A DNA stretch of 63,228 bases, counting the filler, from Octopus bimaculoides (lineage: Eukaryota), in NCBI RefSeq assembly GCF_001194135.2. It is 8 parts of 6 records of this genome, joined end to end, with 100 filler letters (N's around TTAATTAATTAA, not from the genome) between each part and the next. Parts side by side here need not be neighbours in the genome. Positions count along the whole stretch, not along the records: positions 21,427 to 34,855 come from NC_069002.1; positions 34,956 to 45,108 come from NC_068987.1; 6 more parts are not named here. One strand, given 5' to 3'. Shown piece after piece: positions 23,957-36,794 of the stretch; positions within the stretch are counted from its first letter, which is position 1, and every line of letters begins with the position of its first letter. The notes below the pieces were generated by a model that ran no database searches, was not told the DNA's origin, and worked only from the letters and a program-made list of their open reading frames with translations. A program made the translations under genes and the position numbers.

Positions 23957-25366
23957 CAAATTTTGAATACAATAACAGTCACATTTAGAAAATGTTTAGT
24001 TCGAATTTATTTGGTAATTTTTCTTCTTTAGCAAATGTTTCAAAGAATTTTAAAAAGTTGAATTATTCTCTCGGTAGTAAAGCGACCTGTGAGATCTAGC
24101 CAAAAGTAGTCATGAAACAGCATGCTATATTACATGAGAAACAGCGAAATATTTCGACAACTCGAAAAACATTAAAAAAACTGATATGATTCTAGTTGTT
24201 TTGTCGTTGGTTTAAGAAGTTCTCAGAGTGTTTTGATCCAGAGCTACTCAACAATGACTACTAAGGAAACTTACCGAAACGGTTTCAAACCTTACAACGA
24301 AGAGATGGAATCTTATACACTTCTTGCCCATTAAAAGCTTTATTGATCCCCAACTCACATCCCGTGCTCGCGTTTAACCCATTAAAAATTGTGTATGACA
24401 AATGATATTTAATTTAGTCTACATTTAACACCTATTTTCTAGTCTTCATAAAACTGCATTTAGAACTACACAATGTAATGCGAAATCTTATATTAATTCT
24501 AAAATTTAGATAAATCGTTTATCAGATTTTACTAATATATTCTTCAGCTATTTAATATAATCTTTTATTGTGGAACTGCACTGTTTTACTGGGTATAAGT
24601 TTTGCATGTCTGCTGTACAGCTTTTAATCTTAACAAACCCCCAGTTCTTACGCTATCAAAATCCAAATATTTAACTTAACGAGTAAGTGGCTATTTCGGA
24701 ATATTTTGAACCTTTTTATGTAATCTCTAGGATGACCAACGAGTGACCTTTATGACCAACTTGGGGTCTCTAATTAGGGATACAATTCATTTGACGGATG
24801 TCCACATGGTTACCACTAAAGACATTTCCGTTTGCAAGGTCGACCCACAGCTATGCTAGAAGACACTTTACGCAAAATGTCGTAAAGTGGTACTGAAATG
24901 AAATCGAACGGCTTTGCATGAAGGTTGTTTAAAATATTTGTGCATGTTTAATAATTCGATTGAATTTATAAATATATTGTTTGTGGTGTTATCGTTTAAC
25001 TCTCGGAAAGCCATTTTGTTTCAGCTGTTTCAATTCCCAGAAGAATCGTTGTAAATGTCCTTTTTCTGTATCTTTTGTAGAGTTTTTATTTAACCCCGCC
25101 ACCCCTACTTCCAGAAGACTTATTTACGAAAACCTAAGCTCAAAGGCATTCTGGTTATCATCCTATCTTTTTTCTAAATTTCGGCTTCGCGTGACCTGAT
25201 ACGAAACTTTGTAAATTGATTGGGTGAGGTACGAAGGAATTCGGCTGCTAATTCTAATAGGCGATAGACTACGGCAATGGTCCCTCTTTAGCTCGATTGC
25301 TACTTTTGTCGTATTTTTTTAGTTTCTAGTAAAATAACTATTAGGCAATACTCTTTTTTTTTCCTG

Positions 25367-27017
25367 AGAGAATGTATCAGAGTACACATTGGACAAGATC
25401 GAATCCAAACTAGTAACGCTTGTGGGGGAACGATATTGCCTTGAACATGGTATTCAGCCAATTGGCCAGATATCATTTGAAGAGCCTACTGGTGTTACTG
25501 ATTCGTCTGGTACGCTCTTTCTAGAGTTAGGTTCTGGGAAACGTGTACTTACAGCTATACTTGTTGACTTAGAACCCACGATTGTTAGCAAATATAAAGT
25601 TATTAAACTCTTTTAGAAGAGTAAATTAAAGAACGAATTGACAATCTGCGCATTCGATGTTCTAGTTAATCAATCTTCTGCATTGTCTTTCTGTCGGAAA
25701 AGAGTTCAAAGGAGACTTGTGACGAGATGAAGCAGCGGTTCTTTTTTTACTGTTGTATCCTCAAACGCCGATAGATAATCTTAGATATTGGAAAATTGTG
25801 TTGTACAACAGAACTGATATTCTTAGATATTGGAAACCTGTTTTACAACAGAACTATAACGGCAGTAAAATGTGTTGACTATGACATTGGTTAAATATGA
25901 GTAGATCAGTGAAATTCTGTTGTAAATATATCCGTTATTTGAATGTAGGTATTGTTAGCAATATATTGAGGAATTAAGTCCATGTCATACATGTAACTAC
26001 TGGAAAAGTTTTGTCATGGAATAAAGATTTTTATTCGATTGAACAACTGATGAAGCAAATTATACTCTAAAATATTAAGTTATTTACATTTTTATGCTCT
26101 TTTGATATAAGAACAATCTTTCGATTATTATATTGATATTACCGGCTTAATATGTTGTGATTATTGCGCAATATCTTATTTTCCAGATCAAAGAAGATTG
26201 GCAAATTCAATTAATCCACCAGGATCAACTCATCAGTGGCAAGGCAGATGCAACAAGTAACTATCGCCAGGGGTCACTTCATTATTGGGAAGGAAATCGT
26301 TGATTTGGTGTGTGACTGACCAATGTTCTGACTTTTAAGGCTTCTTGATTTTCCAGTTTCGGTACCGGCACTGATTCTGCATCTTTTGGTTTTTTTAATG
26401 GAACGTCTGACAATTGACTTCGGTAAAAAGACAAAGCTTGAATTTTCAGTTTATCCGGCACTACTAATTTCTGCATCTGTAGTTGAACCACACAATTCCT
26501 TTCTAAAAACTTGTACCACTCTGGAACATTGTGATTGCGCTTTTATGGGACAATAAAGCAATTTATGAAATCTGTTAAAGCCATGTAGATGTTGAGCACC
26601 CATGTTATATTAGCTTGAATCGTCCAATTGCTCAAATAATGAGTTCCATTACTGCTTTTCTGAGGTTCGATGGTTTGTTTAATGTTGATTTAACCGAGTT
26701 CCAAATCAGTTTGGTACCTTATTCACGGATTCATTTTCCAATTGATTACGTATGCATCTATATCGTTTGAGAAAGCGGACCACGAGCAATTAACCGTTTC
26801 TAAAATGATAAACGCTTGTTTTGAAACCGATTATCAGATGGTTAAATGTGATCTTCGTCGTGGGAAGTACATGGCTTGTCTGTTGTGCTGAGGTAATGTG
26901 GTCTCCAAAGATGCTAATGCTTCTATTGTAATAACTGAAATAAAGTCCACCCGGTTTGTGGATTAGTGCCCAACAGAGTCTGAAGTTGTTGTAAAACGCA
27001 GCCTCCCTTCTGTACCA
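25367..27017 (+). pseudogene. TUBA: Unprocessed alpha-tubulin pseudogene (exon 25367-25587, intron 25588-26186, exon 26187 to about 27017)
   Basis: RECIRVHIGQ..NAC(fs)ERYCLEHGIQP..DLEPTIV, phase-1 intron at codon 76, then [110 protein letters not shown]; multiple frameshifts and stops. Confidence 0.96.
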
Positions 27018-27719
27018 ACGCGACTCCAACAGCAAAAGTCGGAAGTAGGGAAACCGCAGTCGAAGCTAGCAAGTCAAGTTGCCCAGAGAAGCCGTCGTAC
27101 ACAGCTAGGTGTCTTCAAGCACACGTCTCGTAGAATGTAGTTCTTTGTCAATCAGCTTCACACTGGCTGACTTTTGCTTAGTATTTGTCTGAACCCGGAG
27201 ACTAAGTCCTCCTTATATAATCTAGGATCTTCTAAACAGTCGCGTGACTTCGTAACTTCTAGAACTTTGTTCTTAAAAATCTGCTCTCTGAATGCTAGGT
27301 AAGCCGCGCCGCCCGTATATCACCTGACTATATGAGACATGTCATTTATTACGTAACATAATTCTGGAATATTCTCTGGCACTTTGACATGATTTACACA
27401 GTGAGTGCACTGAAAACTAATCAATATTATATAATTGCCACCACAAAACGAAACGGCTTCACAAATTTACCACACAAAATCATAATAACTTATTCTCTCC
27501 TTCATAATATTACCCACTCCGTAGACTTTTGTCGACCCGAGAAAAGTACACATTTATAAATATTCAGCCCTTAAGCCTAACTGCATTAATCATACAAAAA
27601 ATAATCCTTAAATTTATAGGGTCCCTTTCTTTGTCGCTTCTGAGGATGTTTTTGTTCCCCACATGGATCTATTTCCACTGGCGTCTTTTGAACCTCTTCA
27701 TAATTCACTTGTTCTCTCG

Positions 27720-28040
27720 GTAACTGTTTTGCTCTTCTCCTTGGTTCTTCCCAATACCCTCGTCAACAGATGTGCCCAATCTCCCAGGGAAATTCCAGCT
27801 GAATTGGTCAGGATCACAGTACTACCATAGAGGGTGGGGTTTCACATAATCTTAGGACGAGACCGCTTGCCTCCTCGAATCATTGCATTAGGCAGGCGAT
27901 TCAGCACAGTATAGGGTGCGTCCAATGGACACTGCAGCTTCGGCGACTGTCTCTTCTTTCGTTGGGAATTATAAAGCCATACTTCATCCCCCTCAAATAT
28001 TACGATGACCTGAGGATGGTTTTCCTTGTGGGCCATGAGG
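27720..28040 (-). mobile_element. Ty3/gypsy pol C-terminal (post-integrase GPY/F-like) remnant
   Basis: FEGDEVWLYNSQRKKRQSPKLQCPLDAPYTVLNRL in ORF 27842-28312 resembles the gypsy F..GD.VWL..P.RK.G.SPKL..W.GPY.V motif. Confidence 0.75.
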
Positions 28041-28059
28041 GTACTATCGTCCATGAAGA

Positions 28060-28295
28060 GGATGGATAGACGAATGTTGAGGTGGTTTGGCCACATGGAG
28101 AGGATGGATGAGGAGCCGATGGTAAGGAGGGTGATGAAGGCAGATGTGGTAGACAGCAGAACCAGAGGCAGACCTCGGTTTGTGTGGATGGATGGAGTGA
28201 GGAAAGCTTTGGTAGTTAAAGGTGTTGGTGTGAGAGAGGCAAGAGAGCTTATAAATAATAGGAAAGCTTGGAGAGTGTTTGTGAACGGATGAATG
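28060..28295 (+). mobile_element. RTE-clade LINE 3' fragment
   Basis: RMLRWFGHMERMDEE..VRRV...V..SR.RGRPR..WMDGV...L...G....A..L...RKAWR is a typical RTE ORF C-terminus. Confidence 0.85.
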
Positions 28296-29311
28296 AATTT
28301 GATGTTGCTCAAAGGTGTACAGAACCAGCATGATACAGTAGGGGTAAACCAGCATATGCTATCGGGCCCCGATGTTGATATTAGCGTGTGCGTTCTATGT
28401 CTTGACCCCGAGCATAGAACAGGGCTCGCTTCTTTGAGCTGGGAAATGAATGGAATGCTTGGTGTGTCTTGTTGTGGCTACCACGTCCTAAAAAATGGGG
28501 AATAGGCCTGGGTGTATATAAAAAGAAATATAATCCTTTTGATATATGTTCAATTTTCTTAGTTTTCAAAATAAAAACGTCTTGTATATAATAGTTTTTC
28601 TTTTTATCATATATATGATTTCGCTGGGCGGGGTTAGATTCACGTTGGTGCCTTCGCATTTTAAGGAACTTTCGTATTTTCCCAGATCTGTTGAACTAAT
28701 GCTCATAGTTTTATGGTTCACAGTTGCTGCAGACGCGAAACCACATCTGTTCGGTTTGGTTTTCCCAGTTTCGTTGGTGTTGTGGATTAAGGTGTTCTTG
28801 GCAGAATTCGTCATCTTGTGCTGGGCAGTTGCGTTGTTCTCTTCCTCCTGTACACAAAAAAGAACATCGTATTTATCTTTATTTTAATCTTGAATGAAGA
28901 AGTTTAGTACGAATTTTCCTCCTAAAATGTATATTACATTTTTCAAAAATTGGAATGTTATAACATTTGATATATCGTGCGACATAGAAAACAACCAAAT
29001 TTAGTTCTGCAAGACGAGTCCCTGTTGTAAATCAAAAGTCTTCCTTATGCTTGCTTCGTCAAAGTTTGTTTGCTTCAAGAGCTATTATTTCCAAGACAAC
29101 TAGAAACAGATACAAAAGAAAAAGTAGACAGTATTTCTTTTTTTTTTTGAGAAGTAAATGGAACACCATCGATGTATATCTATGTAAGCATACATACATG
29201 CAAACACATATACACATACACAGTATATATATATATATGTATATATGGGAGAATGTACGAAGAAACAACAACAGACGAGGACAGGTGGTGTAAATAACAA
29301 AAGGATGTATT

Positions 29312-29438
<127 letters not shown>

Positions 29439-30000
29439 TATTACTAATTATCATCAGTAATTAATTTGCCTCCGGTGGAGTCTGGTTGTTTCTATTTATG
29501 TATAGAAAGGAGAATATTGGCGTGAGGCCGTGTCAGATACTCTGAGCGCAGGTGAGTCAGTATACATTTGTGGGCGTGGGCATACGCGTGCGTGGATGTT
29601 TGCGTAGGAGCGCACGATCTGGTATAGACGGGGATGCGTACTTGTTCACGTGCGTGCATGTACGAGCGCTGACTAACAGGGTGCAACGATATTTCTGTCG
29701 GTATGGAAATATGATTTTGTAGTTGTTTTCTTCGTGGTAGTATGTTTTAGTTCATGTATGGGTTCACCCATTCATAGATCGAAATACTGGGGCCTACAGA
29801 TATCCATAAAATGTAGAACGGCAGGGGTTCGAACATAAGTGCATAAACACGGTGATATTAGCAAAAGACTACGCACATTCTCATGTAGAAGTGTATGTGT
29901 AAACACACACACACACACACACACAGATTATATATATATATATATATACACGCTCACAAAATATGTACATATTGTATGTGTATTTTTATGTACACATATA

Positions 30001-30235
30001 CAGGGTTGGCCAAAAGTCACCTGACAGTAAATCAAAACCATTTAATTCCATGATTTATTTATGTTTAACAACTGAATGAGTTTAATAAATGCATCTAAAT
30101 ATGAAACCTCATGAAAATCGTTCAAACCGAAGTCCTTCTTGAGCGAAGACCATTTTCTCATTCGAGTCAATACAGAATTACAGATAGTATCTTTGGAATT
30201 TTGATTTACTGTCGGGTGACTTTTGGCCAACCCTG
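30001..30235. mobile_element. Tc1/mariner-type MITE (235 bp, 37-bp TIRs, TA TSD)
   Basis: CAGGGTTGGCCAAAAGTCACC(T/C)GACAGTAAATCAAAA at both ends inverted (1 mismatch); TA at 29999-30000 and 30236-30237. Confidence 0.93.
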
Positions 30236-30613
30236 TATGTCCTTTGATTAATTTTAATCTTTCAGCTATTTAATGCTTTTTTTGGTTAGCAATCGGCTAT
30301 ATTATTAATTCTGTTATNNNNNNNNNNNNNNNNNNNNNNNNNNNNNNNNNNNNNNNNNNNNNNNNNNNNNNNNNNNNNNNNNNNNNNNNNNNNNNNNNNN
30401 NNNNNNNNNNNNNNNNNNNNNNNNNNNNNNNNNNNNNNNNNNNNNNNNNNNNNNNNNNNNNNNNNNNNNNNNNNNNNNNNNNNNNNNNNNNNNNNNNNNN
30501 NNNNNNNNNNNNNNNNNNNNNNNNNNNNNNNNNNNNNNNNNNNNNNNNNNNNNNNNNNNNNNNNNNNNNNNNNNNNNNNNNNNNNNNNNNNNNNNNNNNN
30601 NNNNNNNNNNNNN

Positions 30614-30661
<48 letters not shown>

Positions 30662-30961
30662 ATAGTGTACCTATTTATACACAACAGAAGTGACATTTAA
30701 CGGGACACCTTACATGCTAGAGAGGGCAGTTAAAGCCCAAACCATGAATAAGAGTAACTTCAAAAGGAATGAAAATAAAAATATTTCTATAGTTACCCCT
30801 AGACTCGAGTTTCTGAATTAATGTGCAAATGAATTAATTTGCCATCCGTGCTTCTTCAGTAAGGGTGCTAAGATTAATGTATATTTATGCACCGCGGAGA
30901 ATACACGTGCTACATATGCATTTTTCAAATCAACCGTGCAAGTGCAGTTACGTTTGGTAGC

Positions 30962-31195
30962 ATATATATATATATGTGTGTGTGTGTGTGTATGTCTGTG
31001 TTTGTCCCCCTAGCATTGCTTGACAACCGATGCTGATGTGTTCACGTCCCCGTAACTTAGCAGTTCGGCCAAAGAGACCGATATGATAAATACTAGAATA
31101 AGTCCTGGTGTCGATTTGCTCGGCTAAAGGCGGTGCTCCAGCATGGCCGCAGTCAAATGACTGAAACATATAAAAGGATAAAAAAAGAAAAAGGA
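30962..31195 (+). mobile_element. SINE family B, 3' half
   Basis: (TA)(TG)n then TGACAACCGATGCTG..GTCCCCGTAACTTAGC..GCTCCAGCATGGCCGCAGTCAAATGACTGAAACA. Confidence 0.88.
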
Positions 31196-31722
31196 TTTCA
31201 GCATATTCCAGTGACAGACCGTTTCATCTGCCAATTCTTCAGATTGATGCTTTTGGGATGCTTTTGTCTGTTTATTGGAAGGCGATTTTCTATGAGGAAT
31301 GTAGCCGAATCACAATGTAAATGTGGAGGATATAGTTTCGGATTGGTGGTACAGTCGTGTTTCGAGGTGGGTAGGTGGCTGTTAAAATTGTTGGTAATTG
31401 TTGAAGGTAGTGTGTATGTGCGTGTGTGTGTGTGTGTGTGCTTGTATGTGCATGTGTGTTTTGTGCGTGTTTATGTGTGCATGTATGTGTGTATGTCTGT
31501 GTGTGTGTGTGTGCAAGGGTGTGTATCCATGTGCGTGTGTGTCTGTGTGTGCATGTATGTGTGTGTGTGTGTATGTGTGCACGTGTGCACATGTGTGCAT
31601 ATATGTATCTATGTACGTATGTATGTATGGATATTATGATGGCAAGAAGGTTTACGCATATGTTCGGATATAAAGATCAACGAAGGTAGGTGATCAGACG
31701 GATGGATAGATAGATAGATAAA

Positions 31723-31763
<41 letters not shown>

Positions 31764-32273
31764 NNNNNNNNNNNNNNNNNNNNNNNNNNNNNNNNNNNNN
31801 NNNNNNNNNNNNNNNNNNNNNNNNNNNNNNNNNNNNNNNNNNNNNNNNNNNNNNNNNNNNNNNNNNNNNNNNNNNNNNNNNNNNNNNNNNNNNNNNNNNN
31901 NNNNNNNNNNNNNNNNNNNNNNNNNNNNNNNNNNNNNNNNNNNNNNNNNNNNNNNNNNNNNNNNNNNNNNNNNNNNNNNNNNNNNNNNNNNNNNNNNNNN
32001 NNNNNNNNNNNNNNNNNNNNNNNNNNNNNNNNNNNNNNNNNNNNNNNNNNNNNNNNNNNNNNNNNNNNNNNNNNNNNNNNNNNNNNNNNNNNNNNNNNNN
32101 NNNNNNNNNNNNNNNNNNNNNNNNNNNNNNNNNNNNNNNNNNNNNNNNNNNNNNNNNNNNNNNNNNNNNNNNNNNNNNNNNNNNNNNNNNNNNNNNNNNN
32201 NNNNNNNNNNNNNNNNNNNNNNNNNNNNNNNNNNNNNNNNNNNNNNNNNNNNNNNNNNNNNNNNNNNNNNNNN

Positions 32274-32610
32274 NTGTATGTGTGTTTGAGCTTCCGGGCG
32301 CATAAGTACGTGTGTGTGTGTGTGTGTATGCATGTGTGTTTATGTGTATGTGTATATGTGTGTTTGAGCTTCTGGGAGCATGAGTATGTGTGGGAGCGCG
32401 CGCGCGTGTGTATTTGAGCTTCTGGGCGCATAAGTACATTTGTGTGTGTGTGTGTGTGTGTGTGCATGTGTGTGTTTGAGCTTCTAAGTGCATGAGTGTG
32501 TGTGTGTGTGTGTGTTTGAGTTTCTGATCGCATGAGTATGTATGTGTACGTGCATATGTGTGTATGTGTACTTGTGTGTTTGAGTTTCTGAACGCACGAG
32601 TAACGTCTGT
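32274..32610. repeat. Composite minisatellite: six copies of a core of about 28 nt separated by variable (TG)n
   Basis: Core GTGTTTGAG(C/T)TTCTG(G/A)..GCA(T/C)(A/G)AGTA near 32283, 32361, 32410, 32471, 32513 and 32577. Confidence 0.9.
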
Positions 32611-33469
32611 GCATGTAGGAACAGGATGAAAGCCACAAAAACTCGGACAAAGAAATGGACGAAAGCAGGCGGCCATATTGAGTAACAGAAACTGACTGGT
32701 CGACAGATGAAATAAATACGGAGAAATCACTGCGTGTATAAACTCAATAATAAAGTATATGTATATATTTAAGAACTGCTAATTAACAGAGTAATTAATA
32801 CATCAAAAGGAATTCTTTTTAATTCTCATCATGGACAGATGTGTGAATATTGAGTTGAGGGCCTGGGCGTGCGTTGGGTGCACGTGAGTGAAGATTTATG
32901 TCAGATTGGGCATGTGTTTGTTTGTCCTTTGGAAAGTGGATGTGTGAATTGATAGGAATAGTTTCTGTGTTCATACACGTGTGTTTATGTGTGTGTGTGT
33001 GTGTGTGTGAGTGCGTTTTCATGTATGTTTGCGTGTGTGTTTGGAACAGCAAATGAGTGCGCTGGTATTTCAGTTGATACAGATGCTGAATGTATGTTAG
33101 TAGCCTTAGAGATGTTGGTGTATATTTTTAGCGATTGTTTGTAAAGCTCACATTTTATAGACAAACATAGAACGACGACTAGAGAAATTCCATGGAAGAA
33201 GAGGTGGAGTGACGAAAATAAACGCAGAGGTGAAGTCAAATATAGGGATGTTACACGCATACATACATACACACACAAATGCACGCACTCACACAAACAC
33301 CGACACGAACACATATACACACACACACATACAATCACACATTCATAGAGATGGTGACAAAGACAGACAGATATAAGCATAAAAGATATACATATATAGA
33401 CGCAAGGGAAGATATTGAGGTGACGGTGGCACATATGTGTGTGTGTATGTACGTATGTATGTGTGTTTG

Positions 33470-33522
<53 letters not shown>

Positions 33523-34029
33523 NNNNNNNNNNNNNNNNNNNNNNNNNNNNNNNNNNNNNNNNNNNNNNNNNNNNNNNNNNNNNNNNNNNNNNNNNNNNNN
33601 NNNNNNNNNNNNNNNNNNNNNNNNNNNNNNNNNNNNNNNNNNNNNNNNNNNNNNNNNNNNNNNNNNNNNNNNNNNNNNNNNNNNNNNNNNNNNNNNNNNN
33701 NNNNNNNNNNNNNNNNNNNNNNNNNNNNNNNNNNNNNNNNNNNNNNNNNNNNNNNNNNNNNNNNNNNNNNNNNNNNNNNNNNNNNNNNNNNNNNNNNNNN
33801 NNNNNNNNNNNNNNNNNNNNNNNNNNNNNNNNNNNNNNNNNNNNNNNNNNNNNNNNNNNNNNNNNNNNNNNNNNNNNNNNNNNNNNNNNNNNNNNNNNNN
33901 NNNNNNNNNNNNNNNNNNNNNNNNNNNNNNNNNNNNNNNNNNNNNNNNNNNNNNNNNNNNNNNNNNNNNNNNNNNNNNNNNNNNNNNNNNNNNNNNNNNN
34001 NNNNNNNNTATATGTTTACACATCTTAGC

Positions 34030-34165
34030 TTTTGTTTATTCCTATCATTAGACTGCGGCCATGCTGGGGCACCACCTTGAATAATTTTACTGGAATGGAT
34101 CGACATCAGTACTTATTTTTTTAAAGCTTGATACTTATTCTATTGGTTTCTTTTGTCGAACCGCG
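34030..34165 (-). mobile_element. SINE family B 3' fragment
   Basis: TTAGACTGCGGCCATGCTGGGGCACCACC...GTACTTATTCTATTGGTTTCTTTTGTCGAACCG. Confidence 0.8.
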
Positions 34166-34250
34166 AAGTCGGTATATATCAGTGTCTCTTCTGAAGTAGG
34201 TAGTTTCTACACAGAAGGTCAACATTTCCATCAAATTTCCAATTGGTATA

Positions 34251-34690
34251 CTAGTACGTTCTTTTAGAGAGGTGTCCGTCACTTTGAATCACTGATAGTG
34301 CTTCATCTGTTTGGACTTCGGTGAACAGACTTATCACATCTAGACTCCACATCTGGTTGGATCCAATGAGAGTATCCTTGATCAATTCTGTGAAGTGAGT
34401 GGAATTCTTCACGTACGATGCTGACTTACCTGCTAATGGACTGATTATATCCCCAAGAGAGCGGCTCAGTGGATTACATGCTGAACCTCTACAGCTCACT
34501 ATAGGTCTTAATGGAATACCATCCTTGTTAGGGAGACCGTGCATATGTGGTAGCTTACTGTAGTGTTGGGTCAGTTGTCTGTACGTCATTGAGATGAAGT
34601 GATTCTTGTTCTTGATTAAGATCTGTGACAGCTTACTCTCTGTTTTTAGAGTTGGGTCTTTATTTACTCTGCTGTAGTCACATGCAGTGA
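34251..34690 (-). mobile_element. Penelope/Poseidon-type PLE reverse transcriptase N-terminal fragment
   Basis: YSRVNKDPTLKTESKL..YRQL..YSKLPHMHGLP..GIPLRPIVS..GS..PL...L..IISPL.GKS.SYVKNSTHF..SLDVISLFT in ORF 34251-34742. Confidence 0.9.
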
Positions 34691-34814
34691 CTTGAATACA
34701 TAATAAGAACATCAGTAAAAAAATACCTTGGGAGAACCCCATTAGTCAAATAAAGGGTGAAGACATATATCCGTCCAATGTAAATAATGCCTATGTATAT
34801 ATATGCATGTATTT

Positions 34815-34855
<41 letters not shown>

Positions 34856-34955
34856 NNNNNNNNNNNNNNNNNNNNNNNNNNNNNNNNNNNNNNNNNNNNT
34901 TAATTAATTAANNNNNNNNNNNNNNNNNNNNNNNNNNNNNNNNNNNNNNNNNNNN
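34856..34955. other. Artificial scaffold-joining spacer
   Basis: TTAATTAATTAA at 34900-34911 with 44 N each side. Confidence 0.97.
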
Positions 34956-35083
34956 ATAGAGTTAGGAAACTCACTTTAAAACCACGGGGTTTCGGGTTCA
35001 GTTCCACTGAGCGTCGCCCTAAGCAAGTGTCATCTACTATATCCACAGACCAGCCAGTGCCTTGTGAAAGTCTGTGATATACG

Positions 35084-35129
<46 letters not shown>

Positions 35130-35305
35130 CGTGTGCATGAGTGTGTTCGTGTGCATGAGTGTGTACGTGTGTCTATGTGTGCGTGTGTTTGTGTGTGTGC
35201 GTGTGTGCGCGTGTGTGTGTGTATGTGTGTGTCTGTGTTTGTCACCCACCTTCACCGCTTAACAACCGGTGTTAGTTTGTTTATGTGCTCGAAACTTAGC
35301 GGCAG
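34956..35305 (+). mobile_element. Degenerate SINE family B with expanded internal (TG)n
   Basis: GGGTTCAGTTCCACTG..AAGCAAGTGTCATCTACTAT..(TG)n..TTAACAACCGGTG. Confidence 0.7.
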
Positions 35306-35787
35306 GCTTTAAACTACCGTTACAACAATTGCTACTACTGCTACTTCTACTACTACTGCTGTTGTGGCTACTACTAATACTACTACTACTACTACTACAA
35401 TTTGCATGTAATCCGATTTGTGTATGATTAATCGCAGCTCATGGATGGAACAATATTAATATTTAAAGTTAAACTGATCTGTCAAGGCCGTATTTGACTA
35501 TTTTTATCAGTTGTTGAATAATTTAACGACTGAAAAAAGATTGTCCAGTAGATATATCAGGAAGTACTAAAATAAAACCAAGTACAGCATGGAAAAGACA
35601 TATTAACCTTTCCAAAACAAAGTAAAAAAAATCTGCTAACTTTACTTAATCATTTATTATTTAGTGTCAAAAGTTTTCGTCACACCCACAGCAACCTGGT
35701 CACTGACACAGTTCCATTGCAACTTAATGACCAAGTCACAGTTGGTGAGACAAATGCTTTTATATCAAATAATAAACGCTTTAAGTG

Positions 35788-36006
35788 AATTTCTTTTCTA
35801 CTCTAGGAACAAGGCCCCGAAATTTTGTGGGAAGGGGCCAGTCGATTAGATCGACCCAAGTACGCAACTGGTACTTAATTTATCGATCCGGAAATGATAA
35901 AACGCAAAGTCGCCTTCGGCGGAATTTGAACTCAGAGCGTAAGGGCAGACGAAATACAGCTAAGCATTTCGTCCGGCATGCTAACATTTCTACCAGCTCG
36001 CCGCCT
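35788..36006 (-). mobile_element. SINE family A (tail type 2), full length
   Basis: Colinear with 2596-2802. Confidence 0.9.
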
Positions 36007-36794
36007 TATACTTTCAGTGAAATTAATACACTTGTCAATGGCCAGATTGTGGTTGGTTCGATGGAAATTTTGACAGCAAATAACAATGTACAACACGATG
36101 TTTGTCCTTTGGAATTAACTGTTATTTTCTATATTCTTTCTCCTAGAAAATACCTAGAAAATATGAAGAATGGCGAATATTTCCTTCAAAGTTTACTTTT
36201 ATTACATTTATTCAAACCCCAAATAATTCCTTTCAGTTTATGGCTATGATACTCCCACACTACTCCTGCTCAGGAACAGAGATATACATAGGAACATGCT
36301 CAAGGGTTAAGTTCAAGCAACGAATAAGCAAATATGTGGTATTTGGCAGAATATTTGCTATAACGATATTTCTGCTTCAGCAACTGAGCACTGAATGTGT
36401 CTGAAATGTAATGTAAAATAGGTCAGTTTGAAAACATTGATGTCCAGGTCACAAAAGCAAAGTTTTAAGGGAATAATAGTTATTTCCCTTGATTTCTAGA
36501 TAGAAGCAAACAGGAAATAACACTTACTGACCAAAGACAGAAACAAAGATAATTTTGTTACTGAGTGTAATAAATGTTTTATGAAATAGACAGTGTGTGT
36601 GTGTGTGTGTGTGTGTGCTCGTTCTTGAATGGCTAAAATGTATCTGTCCCTCTGTAATTGCTATGGTTTCAACACGCGATCTTATATGAGAGAAAACTTA
36701 CCAGACTAGTAATAAAGAATATTTGAAATGAGAATGTCTGTTTTATTGGTGGGATTTCTCTGGGATATTTTCAGGTCAGACTGAAAATAAAAAT

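Noticed and set aside
25277-25366. ATG followed by GT as a possible ATG-only first exon of the tubulin
   Set aside because: The donor GTCCCT is weak, and the ATG lies at the edge of a degenerate dispersed repeat (similar to 43540-43590 and 57603-57640); probably coincidence
25778-25860. Tandem duplication of about 40 bp in the tubulin intron
   Set aside because: Ordinary local slippage duplication with no sign of function
26282-27035. Minus-strand ORFs 26282-26491 and 26790-27035
   Set aside because: Antisense shadows of the tubulin pseudogene exon
32274-32610. CRISPR-like repeat-spacer appearance
   Set aside because: Eukaryotic context, diverging repeats, spacers that are simple (TG)n of irregular length, and no cas genes
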